A DNA stretch of 62,985 nucleotides, the filler included, from Phoronis australis (lineage: Eukaryota; Animalia; Phoronida): assembly GCA_002633005.1 (NCBI GenBank). It is 6 parts of 6 records of this genome, joined end to end, with 100 filler letters (N's around TTAATTAATTAA, not from the genome) between each part and the next. Parts side by side here need not be neighbours in the genome. Positions count along the whole stretch, not along the records: positions 1 to 23,441 come from NMRA01001371.1; 5 more parts are not named here. The stretch is one strand, 5' to 3'. Position 1 is the first letter of the stretch; every line of letters starts with the position of its first letter. Under the pieces are notes generated by a model. The model ran no database searches. It was not told the origin of the DNA and saw nothing but the letters and a program-made list of their open reading frames with translations. A program made the position numbers and the translations under genes. Shown here in pieces: positions 1 through 12,600 of this stretch.

Positions 1-1
1 A

Positions 2-64
2 AAGTCGTTCATCAACATACTCAGCAAACCTCGGGTTCTCGACCGGTACAAACTTCATAAAATC
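2..64 (+). CDS. Probable 3' part of an upstream exon of the GM2A-like gene (KSFINILSKPRVLDRYKLHKI)
   Basis: Open frame from the window edge ending in phase 0 at a strong donor GTAAGT (65-70), compatible with the phase-0 acceptor at 2667. No homology recognised. Confidence 0.4.
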
Positions 65-2666
65 GTAAGTATAAGCTAAACGCTTTGCTCCGTTTTTCTG
101 TTTTTGCTCGTGTTTTTTTTTTTCTTCTTTTTTCTTTTTCTGTTCCGGCGGTAGATGCACTCGGAAAATGAAAATGATAGTCAATAGGAAGGCACAGATC
201 TGCTACAAATGAGAAACGGTATCAATTTTATTTTTTATGCCTTGACAAGAGACCGTCTTCAGGCCCGTAGGAAGGCAAAAATTATTAGTAGCACCAACCT
301 TCGATTTCGTCAACCTACCTCCTTCCTATCGCTACACCCCCACCCCGTTCTCTATGTCACCATATTTGTACCGACCCTCCGCCTCCGCCATAGGTGGGTT
401 GGTTGGTAATACCTGAGATGCAGGCATAAGGATTTGAGTAACCGTGAACAAACAAGGTATTTAGCGGTATGAAAGCGACTTCAAATATAGAACAGCATGT
501 AAGATAGGGAAATGTATTAAAAAGTACTTGAAGCTGTAACCCTATACTGTCCAGTAAAACATGCAGCAATAAGATAAGTTACATTCGAGGAACCATGGCT
601 CGTGTGTATATATAATTAGGAAACACGTGATCTCATCATAGACACAGTTCATGGTTTTATAACATATCACAACAGAATAGCCCGATTTGAAACAAATTTT
701 AAAACCGAAACTCAAAAGCCTCAATATAGATTGATGTTAAAACACATCTATGTCTAGCAATAACATTATTTTGCTTACGAAAAATCTAAGTGCTCTAGGT
801 TGTGGATACGTAATTACATTTAGTTTCGTTATCGTTTTAAGATACATGCAACATTTTTTTTATAAATTCTGTACGAATCCGAAACCTTGTGACTGTCACT
901 TAACTTCATACAGATTGAAAGTTTGAAAAGAGTAATATCCTGCTTAGTCACTACCTGAAATAAATTACATACCTGGTTACTCAGCCTCACAAAACATGTT
1001 TCGAACCATTTCACATAATGGCAGAAAATTTCNATACGCCCTATAGCAATAATGACGTCGCATTATCACCCGCCACGTTGTTATTGTTGAAAACGCACCT
1101 GACGTCATGCAACAGTCAAACTTATCCAGCGGATAATTTTGAAATTTCACGCATTTCAGCCCAGGTCTTATCGGCTAATAAAACTAAGAGTACAAATGCC
1201 ATCAAGTTTTATGAGGGTAGACAACATCCTTTCTAAGACTAGGCCATTTCACTGCAGTAGTAGTTGGTTCCCTGAATTCGTTTTGATCATAGCCACCAAT
1301 CACGGCCCATCACGGCATGGAAAATTGACAGACCTTTATGCTGGAGTCCATATCATGATTTCAATGTTTAGGCCGAAAGCAGAAAGAAGCTGCCCAATAA
1401 TTATTTGGCCAAATGAAATTCGCCACGTCAGGTATATTATCGCGGCGAAGTTTTCTTGTTTGCTTGCTTGATTTGTACGCAGGCTATAGAGCATACATTT
1501 TACACCGATTGACCCGAAATTTAGGCCAAGCAAATAACTCCGCAAAATTCATGATCTTTTGCTTGTGATCAAAATCGAACTCAACATGGCGCTGGAAGAC
1601 ACATTTTTGGTCAATTTTCTTTAGAGCCATAGGTCACTCTACTTATCCTTTGCGAAAGTTTCGGAAAATTGGCATGTGGATCGTGTTAAAGATAATTCTG
1701 TATATTACATTCACCAACTTAAAATTAGGATGAATTTTGTCAGTTGAAAGATATTATTAAAGAATAACAGTTCGCAACTTTTAGTCCTGTTTATTTTTTA
1801 CATTATTTTACTATTAATTTTTATTTTTTTAAAAGTGGCCCGGGCTTCCTCGGAAACTTCATTGCTTATGGCGGCGGTTGATTGAGAACACAAAATGCAC
1901 GAGTCAAGTGTTACTCATTACGGCGTCCATTTTAGGTGATAGAGCACGACCAATAATAAAAATTTATTCAATCCAAATTAAATTAAGTTCGAAAACATTT
2001 GGAGTTGTGTTCAGTGAGCATTATTGGAGTTGACGGGTCTGTCATTTGCACCAGTTACTGAGAACAGTCTCCACTGAGCTACAACGGTCTTGTCGGTTTT
2101 TTCCAAGCTCAAAAACTACGATGACCCCTGAATCTAAGAAAGGCACACGTTGAGATTTGTTTTGTCATCGAAAATCGCTGCAATCGAGTGCGTTTGAACT
2201 AATAAGTGTTTTGATAAACTTTCACTAAAGAAAGGTGGCGCGAATCGTGAACACGTGCTTGCCACTTCCCGAAATATCACGCGCCTCTCTTTTTGTGGTA
2301 TTCAAGCACAATGATACACGTAGGCTGGGCACATATCACACAGTTGGGCTGCTGTAGTCCTAAGCATTATATTTCACCACTGGTTTGCCAATCGCCATTC
2401 ATATACAATGCACAGTGAGTCACAATAGTAACATAAAATTAAAAGCCGAATGGGGCACGCTAAGTCGTTTTTACTTGGGAGCAGCTCAGCTGAAAAGTGC
2501 ATCAATGACTACCGTCCCAAAACGTGTCAAGCGTTGGATTCGGGATTTGGGTAGCGGCGTTTTCCTCTAATCACTACTCAGGTATATTTATGAACGAAAA
2601 CTTCTTCCAAATTCTATTCAAATTCCGCCTATTTATACTCATGGCTTTTTCACCGCGACATTCTAG

Positions 2667-5037
2667 GAAGACAACCCTCTACTACAGTTCGACTTCAAAA
2701 ACTGTGGCTCTTCGAATGACATTCTCCAGATATCCAAAGTCTCCGTGTCTCCAGATCCAGTCAAACTACCCGGAAGCATAACCGTTTCTTTCACAGCAAA
2801 GATTCTACGAAACATCACTGCTCCACTCACCGTAAGTTATGCACGAGTTGCGGTGTCGTCAATGGTACTTGCATTTGCGGGGACTGTGTTAACATGAACT
2901 ATCAATATTTCTTAAAGACATCATTTGCAATATTGCAGCCCTCAAAGTATGTAAATGTCGGTGACCACGTTATTTATTTGTTGTAAACAATTTGATTGTT
3001 GTCTAACTAGTGTTACGACGATCGAGCTAGTTTCATGTTGCGAGTCATATTGCCGTGGCACTGTGCACTGTTTAGGCTACGGGTACTGTTGAGGAGAGTC
3101 CTGTGCAGAAGGCACAATGGAAGAGTGGTCTGCAGAACCATTCGGGACTCGTGCAGGCATTGATATTTTTAAACTAAGAAAAAAGCCTGATAAATTTTAC
3201 AAATTTCAGTTTCATACAAAACGTGATTGAAAGCAGAAGGCACAAAATATGGTTATTGGTTTTCCTGTTCACAAAATTACGTGATATCTGATGTGATGAA
3301 TTTACGACGAGGTTACATTTCTCCTCCAGTACTTGCCTTTGGATACGTTGTACGTCGCTAAGCTTTTCTTTCGTTACTTATAGGCTCAACTCTCGGTAGA
3401 GAAAAAGATCCTCGGGTTTTATTTATCCATTCCGTGTATAAAGAACGTCGGGTCGTGCACCTACAAGGACCTCTGTTCTATGATTCCTATCAAGCCCGGC
3501 CAACAATGTCCGGCATCTTTCCAGAAGTACAAGTTACCCTGCACGTGCCCCTTCCATGCGGTAAGACTCTTTGTGATACAGGCCCCAGTGCCCGGATGCA
3601 TGAAACACCCAAATAGGGACTCAACTATAAGGTCCCCAAGTCTTTTTGGGTATTTGTGTCTTTATGGACTCACAGATGCAATATTTTTCTATCATTTCAT
3701 GTTTATTATGAGCTCCTCTTTGATTAATGACATTTTCTAATAAAATAACTAAAAACCGAGCCCAGAGTTCATTGAAAATAAATAGGGACTCAGCCCTTAA
3801 ATTGAGGGTGTTGCATGAAAAGATCCCTACTTATTTTAGATAAATTTGACAATTCACTCTCGATTTGCCAAAGTCAAAAGTTGACTTAGTAATGAAACTA
3901 GAACAATACAAGAAAGGGCAATCGATGTCTTCAACAATCCAAAAATACGCATTCAATAGATTTAGGGACCTTAGTCGAGTCCCTATTGGGGACTGTTTCA
4001 TGCAACTGGCCACAGGAGTCTGTTCCACGAACGCGTTTTGTTATGGAAAGTATCGCATTCGGCGAGAAACTGTTTTTTCTATTCAACCACAAAACGGTCA
4101 CAGTCCGCCACTGTAGAAGTGGAGCAAAACCGTACTCGGCAGGTAAACGGTTAAAGATGGATCACGATCTGTTCAGGTAACTAAAAGATCAAATTAGGCC
4201 TTTTACTCTCATGAAATTGGTCACACAAAACTCCTTATCATGATAGGATTCTACATTCCCATGCCTAAGAAAATCGAAACCACATATACTCCCGTGAACG
4301 TTTCAAAGCTCATTGAGGTTGATCAATTTAAAATTGCGAATTCGAATGTGGCGCATGCCAAAAATACGCGTTGACTGTTACTTGAACTGGCAATAAAAAT
4401 GCAATCTTGTCATATTGAGGAAGATTATGAGAGCGATTCAATTTGTAGACAAAATGAAGCTTTAAATTAAGCCAGTGTTTGAGGAACAGGAAAGTTTTAC
4501 CTGAACTTAGACTCTTGAAAACTCCTTCTAGATCTCAGAAAACACAGATGTGAATAGGACTTTCCACCAAAAAACACACCGAGTCCTTCTGTGAAACCAG
4601 TGTCACGGTTTCAGGAGGAAGACAGTCTTTCTGCATGTATTTGAAGACTGACCTCGATTTCACAAAATGACTGGCAGCCTTCGACGAAAATTGAAGACTC
4701 GTAATAAAATCGGATTTTGTGTTTTATACAGTGGTTCTGGTCGAAGCTAATAACTTCATCAGAGGTCTGACCACGTCCATAAAACTGGACAAATTTGATT
4801 GATTTCGTAAACGAAATAACAACCTATCTCTTTATGCGCCTTCGAGTTCAGTAATTTTTAACGGAGTGTGCTTGTTGTTTCTAGGGTTCTTACACTGTGC
4901 CTAAGGTCACAATGGAGGTCGGGAAAGTAAAGCTGCCATCCTTCCTTGCGAACGGCGACTACAAAATAAAAGTGAACCTCATGCATAAAGAAACGCGGGT
5001 GGGGTGCTACGAAGTGAAGGCATCTCTGGTTATTTAG
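2667..5037 (+). CDS. GM2A: GM2 ganglioside activator-like (ML domain) lipid-transfer protein; coding exons 2667-2831, 3384-3560, 4885-5037(stop)
   Basis: All phase-0 AG/GT-bounded exons. Spliced: EDNPLLQFDFKNCGSSNDILQISKVSVSPDPVKLPGSITVSFTAKILRNITAPLT|AQLSVEKKILGFYLSIPCIKNVGSCTYKDLCSMIPIKPGQQCPASFQKYKLPCTCPFHA|GSYTVPKVTMEVGKVKLPSFLANGDYKIKVNLMHKETRVGCYEVKASLVI*. The PDP..PG, IPC..GSC, LPC.CPF.G.Y and LPS.L..G.Y motifs and 8 Cys match GM2A as recalled. Confidence 0.9.
3589..4012. mobile_element. PIF/Harbinger-type MITE in a GM2A-like intron
   Basis: Imperfect TIRs tgcccggatgcatgaaac..tagggactc / gagtccctat..gtttcatgcaactggcca, with 3-bp CAG duplication (3586-88, 4013-15). Confidence 0.7.
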
Positions 5038-5230
5038 TGGCGGGCGCTTTTGAGAAATTCTATAATTTTATATTGCAGCTCCGTCGGTACATACGTGATT
5101 CCCCTAAGTGAACTCACGTCAACATTCTTTAAGGAATGCAACGCTTTTTGTAAAATGTAAAAAGAACGCAACTAAAGAAACTAAAACGAGCTTGTATTTG
5201 TTTACTCATCGCTTGTTCTCTGCGTGTTTA

Positions 5231-5236
5231 AATAAA
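5231..5236 (+). terminator. Candidate polyadenylation signal of GM2A-like gene
   Basis: AATAAA about 200 nt after the stop codon at 5037. Confidence 0.4.
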
Positions 5237-5519
5237 CTACGATATCATCACGGTATTCAATCAATAGAATTCAACTGATCTGAACAGGCATGAAACATAA
5301 GAGGGTCGACACATGCAGTAACTAAACAAGATGCAAAACAATATGCACTGAAATGAGTGCAAATACTTTTTCCCGTGGCTCGTTTCCGGCTTACAATTGC
5401 GTCCAAGTCAGTTGGCCGCCATTCGGTGTTCGCTTGGATCGCAAAACCCTAGTAAAATAATGCATTCCTTTAGCGTTATGCAAGATACTGCTCTTACAGG
5501 TTAATCTTTGTTAGATTCT

Positions 5520-5525
5520 TTTATT
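5520..5525 (-). terminator. Candidate polyadenylation signal of WDR36
   Basis: TTTATT on + (AATAAA on -), the first canonical signal noticed downstream of the stop at 6653. Confidence 0.3.
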
Positions 5526-6652
5526 AAACATTAACCTGAAACTATTTGCAAGATAGGCCATTAACCCACTTTTTGTAATTCAGAACAGTCGAGATTATAA
5601 ATTTTAACTTTGGTGGATACACGCACAGCAGATCTGGCCAAGAACTGTCACTCTTCTCTCAGAGATCACAGGATAGGCCTATGTCACGTTTGAGGAGTCA
5701 GTCTATGTTATCTCTTCGCACACTTCGTACAGGAATACTATGAAGTAAGTCTTCCATGGCGAATGCTCTTACCGTAGATTCTCAACCCCGCTTATTCACT
5801 CGATAACCCGGACAGGTAATGTCACAGCTATGTTGATTACTGTTGCACGTCCGATGCGATGGTAAGGCTCACTGGAAAACTAGGGTATAGGTTTGGGCAC
5901 TTCATGTGTTGGCCAAAATCACCAAGGCCAAGTCAGCTATAGTGGGTATTCACATGTGTTGGGTAAAACTTGTAGACTATCGGTCATGAATATGCTTTTT
6001 TTGCCACCCTTGAATATGTACCTGATCAACGGTGAAGCTGCACTGGCAGCCTATCCTATGACGTGTAAATGGACAAATGGATGAGTGTGCAAATTACCAG
6101 TACTGTAGCACAAAGGTTAATGTCATGAGGAACGGATCCACAGATGACTGACTAATTTTGCAGCCAAATGAGCTGAAATCTAGCGTTCAGTCTTGAAACT
6201 GTCCTTTTTACCTCCAATATGCTTTCAGCTGAGCTGGTCTTGTCAACTTGTTAACCTTTGTCTCAAGGAATAATTGTCATTTCAGAAACTACTTCTCAGA
6301 AACGAGTTATGACTAATTTTACACTGGTGAATGGTCTTAAACAAGTGCTGTTTTTGTACAAGTTTAAACAAAAGACACATAATAAAACATTCAAGAAATA
6401 ATTATTTTTACCAATTTACAAATATTTACAATGAACATAGTGACAGGCAAAGCATACGTTCCAGTGTCACTTACTAGGTGTAAATTTTGTTGAAAACTCT
6501 TCAGAGACTCTATCACACTGTCATGCCTCCAAAAGAGGCAGTAATGATATCAAATACAGGGTGTGCCAAGACCGGAACACAATTTGACACTGCTGTATTT
6601 CTATAATGCGTCCATGCTTTTGAAACACTCTCTACTGTTGCCTAGGCGACCA

Positions 6653-9600
6653 TCATAATGTTGCCGACTTGAGATAGTTTACTAGACACAGGTTCTGATT
6701 AAACATGGTCTGAAGATGATGCCACGCATATTTCTGGTGGGGCACTAGTTTCCTGGCTTCCTCCAACAGCACGGCCTCCTGGGAAATTAGGTCTCCAAAC
6801 ACCTGTAATAAGAATAGAAGGAATGGTAGTTGTTATGACGACGACGACGGCGGTGATGACGACCAAGAAGGTTTCCACTTGTATTGCCTTTTTGTTTATG
6901 TAACAGACAAAATCGACACCCATAGCTTACACGGGTTCTCCATGTATTTACAAAATTACATATTACGCACTTAAAGCTCTCAGTGTAAAGTTCCACATTG
7001 TTATGCATGTTCTACTTGAAGGAACGCTGATAACCTGTCTTACATCTTAGTCGTATGTTTTTCTAACCGTTTGGTTAACTTGTATCAATAGTCTCGGTGT
7101 TTAATTCTTTATGAAATACTAAAATTTTATTTACGTTTTTAAATAAACTTGCATTGTATCATATTTCATAGTAGACGTATTTTTTTCTGTTGTTATCTAT
7201 ATCGTTCTTCTTAATGGTTAATATCTGTTTAATTTACTGTTACTCGGTGGTCAGCAATTAGCGGCCTGTGCCTTTACTGGCCACTCAGCCACATAACAAT
7301 GCATGTTTTTATATGATTTAAAAAATAAAAGTTTCTCTCTTTCTTTCTCTGACCAATGGCAAAAAATAAGAAAACTTTCCAGGTGACATGGCATTCATCA
7401 AATAAATAGGCTTATGTGATAGAAATATTCTTTGTGTTGTAAACTTCAATTGCAAGGAAAGTTTATTTGCATGAATGATGTCAAAATAATGACAAAAAGA
7501 GACGCAAATAGAGGAAACTGGAAATGAATAAGAGGAAACCAAAAAAGAGGAAAATTACATGCCCTGCTACACAGATAAATTTCCCGTGACTGTTTAACTT
7601 GAATACAATTTTGAATAAATAAGGTCAAGAAGAAACACCGAAATAAAACGAATCAATATGCCCTGTGGCCCCATGACACTGCTGACACCAATAGATGGTG
7701 GTGCACAACACTGACCTTGATAAAAAGACCCAGAACTGCTTGGATAAATTCAAAATTTGTCTTCCTGGTCAGTTGATGTCGAACAAACTGTAGGAAGTTG
7801 ATCAGTAGCTGGACAGAGCCACCACCCTCTGGGCCCAGCATGCGTATTTCAGCATCCAGTCGTGATGGGCCCAGGTCTTTAATGAAGTTCAACAGAACAC
7901 CATCTGTAACAGACAATGAGGACAACTACTATGCAATACTGATACTGCAGATGACAACTAATTACTTGGACACAATTCAGAAATGAGAGATTCTAGCATG
8001 CCCCAACGGTAACCTCAAACACTTTTGTTCAATATAAATATCCAAGATGAAATGTCAATAACGCAATTGCAGTTTTCTGTATTGTCCTTTTATGCACCTT
8101 TTTAGTTTTCCACGAAATCCCCGAAAATCCTAATTTCTGATCACCCTTCATGCTTAAGTGGAACACTTTAAACACAATTCCTAGCGTTTAGGAGAACACT
8201 GAGAGATCAGACATCTTTAAACATAAAATTAGCCAAATTTGGCATACAATATTAAAATTCTGAAAAGAGACAAATGATTCAAGAGACATAAGTGTTACAC
8301 ACTTACACGCATCAATACGAGTTACACATGATCCCTTATTCATGTAGTTTTTCGGCTGAAGCGCCCTCACTAGACTGCCATTTATAGTTCGTATTAATGA
8401 ACAATCCTTATTAAGAGAGGCTATTGAAGTCGGTAATGGGACACACAATGGCTGGTGATTTGATTACAAATGGAAAAACTACAGCAAATTCTGCTTTAAC
8501 TGTACATCAAGATGACCCTCATACACAACTCACCAGTTGGGTCCTGCTGTAACAGTCGTCCTAACTCTGACAACGGCTGGCTCAGATTGGTCTTCAAAAC
8601 ATGTGAATCCTATAACACCAAACCTGTGTTAATTCCACAGTGGACAGAATTACATGGACCTGAGCTTGTAAAGGAAATTACAAACATAATTCTAAAACTC
8701 TTGCGTAGCAGACAGGGTCATTCTCTTATTTAAGATAAATCTTACTACCTTTGGATGATGTCTACAACAATGTGTCCATATCCAAAAAACAGCGGATTTT
8801 TCAAAAGAAAAACAATTTTTTGTTCAAGTGATTTGCACATGTAACTGCATTCACCTAAGCTTCACAGACAGGCGCAGGCAGCCACGCATCATGTACTTGT
8901 CTAAAACTGTTTGGCAAGCCCATTGTCCACTCTCTGGACAGTTCATTTCAATACTTAATGTTGTATTAAAAAGACTGCATCCACTGCCAAGCGTCTACAT
9001 ACAGGCGTACGGGCCTAAATATGCACATACATGGGAACTACTTAATTTCTTATGATACTGAAGGTTTTTCATGGCGCACCTGCAAAAACATTTAAACGGG
9101 AAAATATCACTCTCAAGACTTTAAAATATATTTAGGCCTGCAGAATATTGCCGCAGGACTAAACCAATGTGTACCTGCTTTTCTTCGTTGTCTTCAATCG
9201 GGGCAAACTTTGGCTGTAGCCCAGGAATTGTGGGTAGAAAAAATGGTGCCAACTTTGGTACTTTAGGTGGCTCCTTAGGCTTGTTTTTCAACTACAAGAA
9301 AATTTTGTTATGTTCTGAAACTAATGTAAAATACATGTTTTTTAATAAAGCACCACTAACAGTGAAGATGAGGCCATAACAGCGGAGAGCAAATTTTAAC
9401 AACGGTCTTGAGAAAAGGATCTTCGCAGAATGTGAATGGCTGGTACTTCAACTTGAGCTCATATAGACAGAAACACGTTTGACTGGTTAGTAGGTTTATA
9501 GACTTCCATCCCTGGAATGCCAGTTTCAATCTTGTGCTGGAGAGGTTGCGCCGTGCATGCGTGGCATTCGCTTGCATTCGTTTGTTCAGGTGTTAGTTCT

Positions 9601-12600
9601 TTACTGTCACTAAAACCTTTTGCAACTGCGAAGATTTTTAACCACATTGCATAAAAATCATATCATTAGAAAACTTTTCATAAATTCTTGATGGTGTAAG
9701 ATTATACAAGAAGCAAAAAAAATAATTAAATTAAAAAATAATCATCATTTTGCAAACCTCACAGGTTTAAAAAACACCAAGTGTTACCAACATGCAAAAA
9801 AAATAACAAGGTGCTTCAGTAACGTAAAAAAAATGAACCAGAGGTTATAACTTTAATGATTCAAAAAGATTTTTACCCTACCAACACAAAGAATTTAGAA
9901 CATGGATCCCTCACAGTTGCTGTGACGAATTGTAAGGCATACATCTTGGACCGTTGGTGCCATTTGATAACAGTTCTTCAGTAAAAATTCAGGATGCAGT
10001 GACATTTACACAAAATGTGATAAACTAATTGCTTCAACTATCTGTCTGGAATTTGCAGATAAAGGGTTTCTGATAGATAAAAAATAAGCAAACATCTAGT
10101 GTGTACCTTTGAAACGTACTGTGGATAGATCATGATAGCACAGTTGGTAGTGAAGGACTTTCTACTAGTTTATAAATCAACTCAATTCTTCAGAAAGTAA
10201 AAACTAGTGATCCTGATACACGCCGCAGTTATAGTGTGTTTTGTAATAAATGCGACATTGGAACTCATTTTACGAAAGAAAGTGGACTCTGGAAAATAAC
10301 AATATTCAAGACAAAGAGACAATGTCATTTTGTACACAACTGTTAGTGGGGCCTAAACTTATCATTAAAATTGCAGAACAAATATTCAAAACCAAATGTC
10401 ACTTCTTTCTGTAAAATGCAGTAACCTGATTTTAAAACTCCAAAATGTCTTGTTGAAAAACTCCTAGCATGTAGTTTGATAGGTTGTCGAAAGTGGTTCT
10501 AGCTTGAGCTGAAAAGGTATCAGAAGCCAGGCTATTCCAGGCATCCAATCAGGGCTAAGAGCAAGAGGGGTATGAAGAACGACCGGGTTGGTTGAGTAAT
10601 TTTGTTGGCACATCGCTGGTTGTCTATCTGGAACCGAGCCTCACGAGTCTCGCTTGAAGAACAAAAATGACAAAATGAAAATGAAGTAATAAAATTAGGC
10701 TTGATTTCATAACTACAACACTCGATCAAAACTCAGTCGAGCGGACAGCCAGAAATTCACAGTGTGAGTTTTCGCAGGTAGTTTCGGGGTCACAAGCTCT
10801 AATAATAGAACACACTGGTCATGTGTGGGAGCTGGCATACCAGGGCTAGAGTTACATGGTAGGAGGAAAGTCCGTCCTGCCGCATGTAGCTAAATACACC
10901 TGCCTAAAGAGGGCGCTAGAGTTTTGCACGTCATGTCCTACCTTGATGAGGTCAAGTGAGAGGAGACTAAGCCACCTGGAACTAGGCAGTAGAGCGAGAG
11001 TGACCAACTCACTGGCCAGTTGGTCGGGCGACTTGTACTCGTCCACAAGTACCTCGACATGGGTGGTGTCAGGCTCGAACTGCTTGTCATCTGAAGAAAT
11101 AAGAATGGAGTGAAGACGTTTGATAAACTTCAGCAAAAGTTTACCTCCTTACTTGGTGAAGCATATATTTTCCATTAAGATTTCATCAACAAATGAATTG
11201 ATGATAGAGAAACTCCAAAATAATTATCATCAAAGTAAATCTTACTTTTTAATACTCATGGATTAAATTTTTTTTATATGTGACTTTTTGTCTAGCTCAG
11301 GTTAAGATATTATAACGTTGCGTCCACCACTACAAACGCAAGTGTGACCCCGCAGTTCAACCAATCGAGCACACTATCTCAATAGCTTGAACTCTGAAAC
11401 CCATGAGTGACAGCACTAGCAAAATATTCCTAATTGCTAACAAGTAACTTACTAAACAACCAACACTTTAACTTATCATTTCAGCACAGACAGCTGTATA
11501 ACCCAGATCCAGAACTGGCTTGCTAACTAAAGCAGTACGTGCATTTACTAACAGCTATTATAGTTACCAAAATGTAGGTCTCAAGCCACCCAGTAACTTC
11601 ATAATGTATTGAGGACAGCATCGGATGAGAGTATAGAAAACATCACAAGACAAACTAGTTCCCACGTTACCAGAGTTACGGCTGGTAGTATTTTACATAA
11701 ACCCATCGAAGAAGATGAAAGGTGTCTGTGNGTCAAGTGAGAGGAGACTAAGCCACCTGGAACTAGGCAGTAGAGAGAGAGTGACCAACTCACTGGCCAG
11801 TTGGTCGGGCGACTTGTACTCGTCCACAAGTACCTCGACATGGGTGGTGTCAGGCTCGAACTGCTTGTCATCTGAAGAAATAAGAATGGAGTGAAGACAT
11901 TTGATAAACTTCAGCAATAGTTTTCTTCCTTACTTGGTGAAGCATATATTTTCCATTAAGATTTCATCAACAAATGAATTGATGATAGTGAAACTCCAAA
12001 ATAATTATTATTGAGTCTACCACTACACACGCAAGTGTGACCCAGCAGTTCAACCAATCCAGCACACTATCTCAATAGCTTGAACTCTGAAACCCATGGG
12101 TGACAGCACTAGCAAAATATTCCTAATTGCTAACAAGTAACTTACTAAACAACCAACACTTTAACTTATCATTTCAGCACAGACAGCTGTATAACCCAGA
12201 TCCAGAACTGGCTTGCTAACTAAAGCAGTACGTGCATTTACTAACAGCTATTACAGTTAACAAAATGTAGGTCTCAAGCCACCCAGTAACTTCATAATGT
12301 ATTGAGGACAGCATCGGATGAGAGTATAGAGAACATCACAAACAAGTTCCCACGTTACCAGAGTTACAGCTGGTAGTATTTTACATAAACCCATTGAAGA
12401 AGATGAGAGGTGTCTGTGCACTAGGAATATGGGTAAATTTTCAATGCAACATATAAGTCTTATTTCTTCTCAATATATTACAGTTTAAAATACTCACCAA
12501 TACCTTCAGCTTGTGAGCTTGTGCTGGGTAATTCAAGCACTTGGGGCTCAAAGTCTGCTGGCAGAGCAGCCAGGGGCACGTGACTGTACAGCGTCTTATT

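Noticed and set aside
209-2570. Short ORFs of 60-110 aa in the ORF track (here and throughout)
   Set aside because: Intronic or repeat-derived, often with non-ATG starts and no recognisable domains.
11128-11192. Box C/D snoRNA (TTGATGA..CTGA on the minus strand)
   Set aside because: No terminal stem, non-canonical C-box start, no recognised rRNA guide, and only ~40 nt from the acceptor.
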